Source: Octopus sinensis (taxonomy: Eukaryota). From it: a stretch of DNA of 64,000 nt. Under the pieces are notes generated by a model. The model did no database searches. It was given only the letters and a program-made list of their open reading frames with translations, and was not told the origin of the DNA. Both the position numbers and the translations under genes were made by a program. The number at the start of each line of letters is the position of its first letter. Within the stretch, counting starts at the first letter, position 1. The stretch spans positions 63,674,001 to 63,738,000 of the forward strand of contig NC_042997.1 in the NCBI RefSeq assembly GCF_006345805.1, given 5' to 3'. This document shows positions 54,531-64,000 of this stretch, piece after piece.

Positions 54531-56298
54531 TTCCTATCAAATGTTTCTAAAAAGTTTTTGTCCTACACCTCAGTCTTTTCATGAAAAGATAAAACATATC
54601 TTGTAACCATATAATTTCCCTTTGTATAGAGACAAGATTTGTCAGATTTGGAGTGGATAAAAAGAACATCTTCACCGCCATTCCAAATCTTAGTTCTCTG
54701 CAGGAAAGCTTGCTATTACCTATGGTTAGCACTTCTCAAACAAAAAAAAAGAGGCCATGAAGGTGTTAGCTGAGCGCTTTCAAGGAATTGATTGGGAGGA
54801 AGGTGGTGGAAATTAGCTGAAAAACAGGAATGATTATTGTAGGAGAATGCTTATTTATCCGTTCACACACACCCAAACACACATATATAATTGTGTTTGA
54901 GTGTACTTATGTACGTGCTTGTGTGCTAAACAAACATTCTAGAGAGTAAAGCGAGATGAACTACAACTCTAATTACGCATCTTAAATATCTTATAATATA
55001 TGATAAAATATCAATCAAATGCAAGTACCAGCATCACAATAGAAAATTGACAGAAGTGCATGATTTTAGTCTATATTTAATACTCGCCCTGACTTTAACC
55101 GTTCTTTGCATCAGTTACTGTAATAAGTATATAGAAACCAAACATTAAAAATATTAGCGTCCAATAAAATCCCCAGTTTCTCTAAAATAGCTAGTACTTT
55201 AAAGTGTATCGTCCTCTTTAAAATCCCCTACTGAGATTATTACTAACAGTGTTACAGAATTCGAGTACTGCAAATTTATATGACATTACTCTAATACAAC
55301 GTCATCGGTGACTTTCGTGTTTGTATATTTCCTTTATGTCCCGTTGTATGAATCCTCTCTCGTGTTGAAGAAATATGTTCAATCTGTTTTAGGGAAGTTG
55401 CTTCACCAGACTTTATCTTTCGTTGATTTTGTCATTCGAGGACGAAACTATAACTGAATAACTGATGGAGCAGTGGATGTAGAAATACGAATCACATAGT
55501 GTTACATATGATCGTAACACTAGACATTATAGGAATGCTTGAATTAGTGTGAAATTAGTTAAAAGAACTGAAGAATTGGACATAGGTCTGAAGGGGAGCG
55601 GAGAATAAAACTGACAAATGGATATGTTCTAAAGACGATTGGGAGATATTTAGTAGTTGATGGAGCATCCAGCATACACATTTTAGTGGTTTGCTTGTAG
55701 TTAAGAAGTGATAATGTGGTGGGAGTCATTGTCGTTAATATGATAATGCACGTTTCTACAAGATGTTTCGGGCATAAACGGAAATTAGTAGCGATGATAT
55801 TTTGATAATTCTCTGGTGTTATCCGTATGTTGTACCAAATTTTTTTCGTTATGTTTCGTTATATTCTTAACCAATGACAGTTGTTCCATGTTTGATAACA
55901 ATCTGTACCTGGATCGTCCAAAAGAGTGAAATTGTATTTGTTGCTGCTGTTGTTTAGCTCCACTGATTAAATGCACCTATGCTAAGACAACAATCTCGAT
56001 TCAATTATCTCGCATTGCGTGTCATGGGTTACGTTATTCAGTGGGTTATTCTTTAACACAACAGGATGCTTGTAAAGAAGACTCAGCAACCATTTCTAGC
56101 TAATTGCGTGACCACGTGCGTTCATTTATTACCTGTATTTCCACCTTTAGCTCAGGTTAACTCCCTTGATTGATATTACTAACCGTGTAGATGGAGTTCG
56201 TATCAGTTACATTAATATAAATATTCGGAGTCAGAAAGGGTCAAAATCACCATAACTCTTCCATTGATTTACAGAAAAAAGCATTTAAAATTTTTCAG

Positions 56299-56379
56299 CA
56301 CCTATGTTCAGCTGCATGGAACAATTATCCGAATTAGCACATTTTATTGATAAATCTGTCACCAATACAATAACTGGAG
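56299..56379 (+). CDS. Candidate symmetric (phase 1-1) 81-nt coding exon, product unknown
   Basis: Acceptor TTTTTCAG and donor GAG/GTTAGT enclose the open frame xPMFSCMEQLSELAHFIDKSVTNTITG. Confidence 0.28.
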
Positions 56380-57374
56380 GTTAGTTTTCTAAATGCATCT
56401 TACACTTCAGGGAATTCTTAAAATATATCTGACATAGTATTAATTACCTATGTGCTCGGAATATTTCTGTTTATTTTTTAGTTACGCAATGTAGAAAAGC
56501 GTAAAGTTAAAATATAATAACTTTAGGTAAATACTCTTTCAAGCAAAATATATTTTTTCACTCAAAGTAGCATTCATCTACTATTGTGTTAATGCTGTTT
56601 TAGTTTTGTATGCGTAAATTTTTTATTGGATTCTCGTTAAAGGTACCATAAAAGTATTCATACATATATAAAATCATAACTCCTTTATACTTGTAATTGT
56701 AAGCGATGCGGGGATGATCATTGTGCTAATCGCCTTTCATACGAATATATAAGCTTTTCCATTAGAGCTTTTATCGACTTTTTGCTGGAGCAGAGATCTC
56801 AAAATACACAAGCTAGGCAACAATCATATTCATCTATTGGCTCTCGGGATGTTTGCTTAGACTGATCATGACTAAGAACTAAATTCCGTTCGTATATATA
56901 GCTTTTAACACATATATATGTTTGCTTTTAATACATGACAGACAATTGTTTTCAAATGTATCTGAGGTTATATTAACTTTGAGTTCTGAATAATGTTTTC
57001 ATAATTGTGAGACAGGCACGAGAAACCACTAATCATTTCGTAACACTTGTAAAATTTCGAAGTTAGTAAAGGTAGATGTGAATGCGAACATTCTTTAAAC
57101 ATTTCAATTCACCAATTCCTCTTTGTGTCCATACATTTTTGCACGCTTATGACCATATATATACTATTTTCTATGAGTAGATGATTTTGTGTAGCTTCCT
57201 ATTATTAAGAATTTCTCATTCATTTTAAGATATATGAGAAATTACGATAAACATGTTTATAGATATTATGAGTTCCTGTTTACAAATAACCATTAAACTT
57301 CAGTGGAAACCTGTATTCGATGTTCTAAGTGCATTTCGAAGCCTAACCGGACCGGTCATCAGAACACTTTATTG

Positions 57375-57520
57375 TATGTATATATGTATGTATGTAAGTA
57401 TGTATGTATGTATGTATGTATGTATGTATGTATTTATGTATGTATGTACGTATGTATGTATGTATGTATGAATGTAAGTATTATGTATGTATGCATGTAT
57501 GCATGTATGATGTACACATA
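57375..57520. repeat. (TATG)n array
   Basis: Directly visible. Confidence 0.92.
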
Positions 57521-58339
57521 TGTATATGAAGGCATGTATAGACAGCGTTGTTATATATGTGGGGGAAAATTAAACGTTTTAAGAAAATTTAAGCGCTTGA
57601 CATTTTAATGTTAGAAAGACAATCTTATTTGCAATGAAACAAATATGACTTTCTATATGCAAAGCAGTCTATTCATTGTCGCAGTCACTGTGGAAATTTA
57701 TAGAAGTACAATAGCTTGTGTTTGTCTATCTGAGTATTCGCTTTAATGTTATTGGCCCAAAAGGTATTCGATCTGTACTTTTTACTTCAAGCATTATTCA
57801 GCACGTATTTCAGTTTTTCTAAGGCTTCGTTGAGAAATAGCAGTATTGTTTCAGGACAAGCAAATAAGCATCGATGGTGTCAGACTGAGATGAAATTACT
57901 GAAAATATAATGAGAATGACAAAAAATTTCGCCCTTCTTCAGGAGTACTTGTATCATCGGGAATAAATGCCCCATAAAAGAAAAGATTAAGGAATCTAAA
58001 CGGAGTGTTTTATAAATTATCACTAGGAACCATACTTATGCAGGAACAAACATAATCTTTATATGCAATGTCGTTCTAGGCAATAAATACAATTTGACAT
58101 TTTTATGCTTGATAAGGCCTGAAAACAAACGCTTTCAGAAAACTGAATTTACAGGGTGGAGTGATATACTTTGTTATTTATAGCGCTTGACCAATATTTC
58201 ATTTTATGGAACCCGAAATGAATAAAAAAACAGGTAAAGTTGAAATCGGCGAGATTTGATATTAGAACTAAAGTATTAAAAATAAATGACACAATATAAT
58301 TGTCTGGAGTTCCATCCATATTGGTTTCAAATTTTGGTA

Positions 58340-58530
58340 CAAGGCTAGCAAATGTTTTTTGAAGTTGTTTGCCTCGGACGCAGAGCTCATCTGGAACTTA
58401 TTTTATTGAGCCCGAAGGGTGAAGGGCAAAGGTGACTTCGGTGGAATTTGAACTGAGAAGGTAAGAACGGACGAAATGCTGCTAAGTATTTTTCCGGGTG
58501 TGCTAACAATTCTGCTGGCTCACCGCTTTG
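58340..58530 (-). mobile_element. Meta-type SINE, degenerate
   Basis: Minus strand: GAGCCAGCAGAATTGTTAGCAC...CAGTTCAAATTCCACCGAAGTCACCTTTGCCCTTCACCC. Confidence 0.65.
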
Positions 58531-59395
58531 AACTCTACTCATAGTAAGATACGATAAGAAGATTCATGGCTAATTGTCACTATTTGTACATACATCTTTC
58601 TACCTTCAATCATTTTAAAATGTACTAATCGTACACATAATGAAAGAATTAAAAAAAAATAAAAAAATAACTCGTGCACCATTTGGTCTGTAGTGTATGG
58701 CAACTGGGTTATTCTTAATAAATCGGTAGTTAATTGTTCAGATAAATAGCTCTTCTTGAGTTTTAGGAATCCTTGCAGACGAGAATGGACATTTAGGGAA
58801 ATTGCTTCAATCTACGAAGATTCTATAGATGCCAGAACAAAAACAACAACAGAATAATCAATGATTGTATCTCTATTATTGATTGATTGATTTATATAAA
58901 TACAACATTTTCTTCTAATACTGAGTGCTTCACAAATAGATCATTCTGTGAATATATATATACATATATTATATATTTAACATGATTATCTGGAAAAGAG
59001 ATGAAAGCGTTAAATAAGTAACCAAGATTCTCCTTTCTTGATATACAATATTGGTACATTTCAGTCTGTGTATACACACACACATGTGCGCGCACACATA
59101 CATAATACATATTAGCCGATCATTCGCCGTTCGAGCAGTCCTCACTGACGATGCCTAAAGCACAGTCTAAACTAGATCGTATGTGGGGATATTCGAGTCG
59201 GACATGGTGCGGCCGCCTCCCCAATAAGTATGTGTGTATACATTTTCCGCTCTTCTTACAGTATTAAGTGTATTTTAACATGCAACAAAGTTTGTGCTTC
59301 GTCGCCTTACTCACACTTACTAGCGATTGAGTTTTTCCTTTATGGTATCACTTTGCGCCTGGCTGTTTATATAGATTTTTACACATACGTGCGTA

Positions 59396-59443
<48 letters not shown>

Positions 59444-59543
59444 AACACATATGTGTGTGTGTCTGTGTGTGTATGTTAAATAAAATAAGACAACAAGACC
59501 AAAGCAAGTTGATATTCCTACGGCTTTTATAAATAGAAAGCTG

Positions 59544-59588
59544 GTCTTACAGCTGTTTCAGGTAAAATAATATCCCATCATCAGAGAC
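59544..59588 (-). ncRNA. Type I hammerhead ribozyme at the 3' end of a Naiad-type PLE
   Basis: GUCU-CUGAUGA-U-GGG(AUAUUAUUUUA)CCU-GAAA-C(AGCU)GU-A-AGAC. Confidence 0.75.
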
Positions 59589-61260
59589 GACTTAAATCAG
59601 CTTCAGTAGAAAGAATTAATAGATTTCGATGTTTTAGAAGTTATTCTGGAGAGGGAGTTATATACAAATATTTATATATAATGCGGAAATTATAAAAGGA
59701 ACATATGAAAATAAAAATAGATCTTGGATGTTGAAGTTGCAGTTCCATTTTCCAAGGAATGAGTTGTGTAGAATTAGTAAAGAGACTTCTTGTACATGAT
59801 GTCTAAAGTCCGATAAGTATTCGTATGTTGTTATTTAAAATGGATAGTGTACACATATTAATTCCATGTGTTGTTCATTCAAAAGGATCTTGTAGCATAA
59901 ATGAATTTTGAGAATTATACTGGTAAGGCGAATTAGATATTGAGAAAAATGAATAGATAAGAATATTAGTTGGAAGAAAGAAGTATGCATGGGAGATAGT
60001 GGTGTTGGTCAAAGGAATAAAGAAAGTGGTATTCTTAATGGCTGCAATAGAGGTAGGAAAGGAAAAAGAAAAAGAGAAAATAGAAAAAAGAAGTGCTGGA
60101 TGCTGGTCAAGATATTATAAGGGGTGGGGAGGGAGAGTTATCAATAAATAAAAAGAATAGGGGATGAATAGAAGGAAGATATAAGAAGCTAAAAAAGGAG
60201 TATTTGTGAGAAGCTGGAGGAGATGGAGGAGAGATTTGAAAAAGCACTAATGTGAGATTGATACAGAATGTGATACAGGGGGAAGGGGATTACTAAATGT
60301 GAGTAGTAAACCTCGAGCTTGATGGGAAGGAGTGAAATAAGAAGGAAGAGTGCTAGAAATTAAGGGTGAATGTAGAGATTTAATGGTAGGTGTTTCTAAG
60401 AAATCAGATGTTATATGTTTGTGGGGTCTAAGCTGTCGGAATCTGTGTTCTTCCTGGGTTCTAGTATAGTGTCTGTTATGATTAGGATGGTTAGCATTTC
60501 GTGGTGATATGACGTGGGATATATATTGTTTGAGCCTAGTATTAGAGATGTATTTTATTTGATGGGAGAAGCCGCTGGCAGCGAGCGCCTGGTTGAATTA
60601 TTGAATATTTCTTCAGTGTCTGAGAAGTCAGCTATACGTACTGAAATGCCCTTAACTATATTATCGAGGGGTGACTTGTGGTGACTGGTGTTAATGTTTA
60701 AATACTTATGTTACTGGTTGAGTTTAAGATATGGGGATTATCGGGAGGTTTCTAAGTTCAAAGTAACGCCGAAAAAAATAGCTGTTTGCGAGAGTTTTCA
60801 AAAGTAATAGTTAGATGGATGTTAGAGAAGAATTTGTATAGATCTTTCCTAATTCATCCTAAAACGGATTTATTTCCGCCCTTGGTGACTAGCAAAGCGT
60901 CATCTCTGTACAGACCTCCCTTGATATTAGGGAATTATGTTCGGAACTGATGGAGTAAGTATAGACCAATGAAGTCCGTAACCTGAGCAGAGTCAGATGA
61001 TCCGATAGTAATGTCGAAGAAGTTGCTATAGTTATTGTTAGTGTTATATGGGTTGCCCGGCACCAGGGCATTTCCTCGAAAGAAATGAGCGTTTTTCAGG
61101 AGTTAAGAATTATATTAATGGGGTTAGATTAGCTATATTTTTAGCTAGAAGAAGGGCTGTGTCTAGTAGTTTAGTGGAAGTAAATGAGCAGTAATTATTT
61201 ATATCAAATTGTAGGAATGAAGAAGAATGTTTGTTATTCAAGATATGAAACCATGTTATG
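59544..61260 (-). mobile_element. Degenerate Naiad-type PLE (RT through to the terminal hammerhead)
   Basis: WFHIL..FLQFDINNY..LLDTAL, FDITIGSSDSAQVTDFIGLYLL, GLYRDDA and KGISVRIADFSDTEEIF. Confidence 0.82.
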
Positions 61261-62531
61261 ACTTCCCTTGTACAGGATCATACATATATACATATGTGTG
61301 TGTTTGTGTGTGTGTGTCAATATGTGCAGGTATATAAGTATGAAGATACATATACACGCGCACGATCAAACACAGATACACACACATTTATTGAACATGT
61401 AGTGTGTATAATGTGTTTCTGATATAAAAAGTGTTGTTCTTTAACCAGTGATCAGTCAGTGATCTAGTAAGTCTACGATCTAATACATTGCAAGTTTGTT
61501 TCTTGGTGTAGTGAATCCATCATCACTTAATCCGACTTAGACATTTTTATAACGTAAATTCTAAAAAAAATTAGCTGTTGTTTCTATGAGACCAAATGGT
61601 GGAAAAGACATGCTGATTTTACTCTTGTAGACAATATTCCGGAAGTATATGCTTATGTGGGTTGGGACCGTAATCGAGGTTCTGCTTAAATTCTTTAGGA
61701 AACTATGGAAATGCGAATCGGTTGAGAACCTGGGACCAGGAAAATAAGTGACGGATAAATAAATGAGTTTAGAACAAATTTTGTGATTGGTATACTTATA
61801 GAAAAGGGGATGGATTGTTTGTGACAAACACTTTGGTAAGAGAGTTAATATCTTTTAGAGTAACAGAAGTGACAAAGAACACCCCATGGTGATGTGCAGA
61901 TGTTATTGTTGTTGTTGGTCGCCCCGGGCCAACCCTCATCGAGCAGGTTTATGGTCAACAACATTCTAACTGTAACTAAGAATATTTTTCGGATAAATTT
62001 TACTGTATTTTCTTTTTCTTTTTCATTTTGCATGGAGTATGAAGCGATATGAAAGAGATTTGTCTCCTATATCTAGCAAGTCGGGGAACTAACAGGCTCT
62101 TGCTGGTGAAGATTTGAGAATAACATATGTCAGTAGAAATTATAGTATTGATCGTGGGGGAATAAACTGCAAATAACATGGTCAGTGTTGATTTCAGAAT
62201 GCAAAAAAGTTGTAAACTAAACTCTAACAGATGGCTACGTAGAAATTCTACTTTGTCTGCCAGACGCCCATTTAGAATTATAGTTATTATACCTAAAACT
62301 GCTATAATGTATTATGTGTTGATTCAAGTGTAGTTTTGTATTTAAACGATGGCGAAAGTATTTACCTATCTATCTGGTTAGCTGTCACCATATTTTCAGT
62401 AAGCCCCATTGCTTCTTTTCATATCTAGTAAACAACAAATAAGCCATAGTATCCCCCTCCATTTCTCTTTCTCTCAGTACCTCATAACACACACATGCGG
62501 GCGCGCGCACACACACACACACACACGCGCG

Positions 62532-62574
<43 letters not shown>

Positions 62575-62875
62575 GAGGAACAAAGATATACAGGTGTACA
62601 TCTTTGTTACACGTGTAGATATTTGTTACTAATATATTCTGTTCACCTAACTAGGAATCTGAATTTCGGAAATGCAATAGAATGTACCTTTAGAAAAGTA
62701 TTTGTTGGAATTACCAAGAGCGGATATCTTCACTTAGCTGGGTTGCGTTGTCTGCACACACGGCAGGAATATCAGGTACACACACCCTGCACGGAATCTT
62801 GATATTCAATATCTAATTAATATTGCTTGTGTGTGCGGATTATACCGAGCTAGCAAGGTACTTCAATTTAAGTAC

Positions 62876-62982
<107 letters not shown>

Positions 62983-64000
62983 ATGGTAGAAAAGAATAGA
63001 AAGTCTTTCGTACACTATCACATATTGGAAAAATGCATAGAAATGGCTTTTCTGATAATTTTTCCCTTTTAATAATTAATAATTTAAATGCACATCAGAC
63101 TCGAATTCGGTTTTAGGAAATATACTTAACTAGAGATAACAGAGCCCATGAAAAAGTGCAAAAGATTGCTTGGGGAATCTTCAGACGTCAAATTGTATTT
63201 TGAATTAATTTGTTACTAATGTCACAGTGATGACTAGGATACGACCAGTCATGTGCTTTGGGATGGTAATGGCGAAAACCTAGGATAACTTGACCAAAGT
63301 GATTGCGTTCATATAAAAAAAGGAGTAATCGTTTAATGTGTTGATATGTGGAATAGTAATATGAAATAGGTGGAATGCCGTAGTTTGGTGCGTAAGAATG
63401 CCAATATAGTTGAGTGGTACCCGGGGAGAAAGGAAATGAATGTTTGTGCATATGAAAATTGAATACCAAGTGAATTCGAAACTAAGGGTGTCGCAACTGG
63501 TGACATGAATTACTGGATTGGATAGACACTTTCTGTGAATTGTTGGAGCATTTGATGCATTCGGGAATTAAAACCGGTCTCATTGCTACCGAGGTGGCGA
63601 ATTATGATATAATTGTAGATGAAATGAGCTATGCGTGGGTCTTATTTTGCACATACATAGCTAGAGCAGTATGTTGATTATTTCAAAAGGTATCGGAAAA
63701 TTAGCAAGAGTGATAGAAAAAGGTAAATTTAAAATCCATAGCAGGGTGGAAATACAGATATAATCACATCAACTGACACATAATCCTTCCAGACTGGAAA
63801 AAAAGCTTCGGTTTTAAAGCAATCTAGTTTTGTACGCCTTTTTATTCATCTAACACGTAGTTTTCACAGTAAACGTGACTACACGAGAAATTTCGATTCT
63901 CTTCAAATTTTCTTTATTTTATTTTTCTTAGTGGAGATTCACGATTTGAAATGTTGAATTCTTCTCACATTTTTCATCACACCATAAAATTAATTACTGT

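Noticed and set aside
59140-59200. Hammerhead-like CUGACGA..UAAAC on the plus strand
   Set aside because: It needs several corrections (G12, stem II, stem III and stem I register); at best a dead remnant.
63370-63680. GC-richer stretch with short frames, including a second EWYPG and an IIVDEMS motif
   Set aside because: The frames are short and interrupted. The spacing does not fit a Pif1/Helitron helicase, and the EWYPG match does not extend.

Overview
AT-rich animal genomic DNA, most likely from an octopus or other coleoid cephalopod. That assignment is inferred from the repeat families and the microsatellite load, not from a database hit. No complete protein-coding gene, rRNA, true tRNA or CRISPR array can be supported. 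The window is a mosaic of (TA)n, (CA)n, (TATC)n and (TACA)n microsatellites, tRNA-derived SINEs, non-LTR retrotransposon pieces (Tx1, RTE, R4/Dong-like, HERO-like), at least eight Penelope-like (PLE) fragments with several hammerhead ribozymes, mariner and hAT non-autonomous elements, and long foldback elements. The strongest lead is a young Tx1-clade LINE present twice (5756-7712 and 38571-39679). The two copies have different 5' truncations, but both sit in (TATC)n/GATA arrays in the same orientation and repeat phase. A variant repeat unit exposes a 16-17 bp target-site duplication. The element's last ~39 nt also match the 3' tail of the abundant Meta-domain SINE. Together these suggest a GATA-microsatellite-targeting retrotransposon and a candidate SINE partner. 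A few isolated candidate exons are reported at low confidence.
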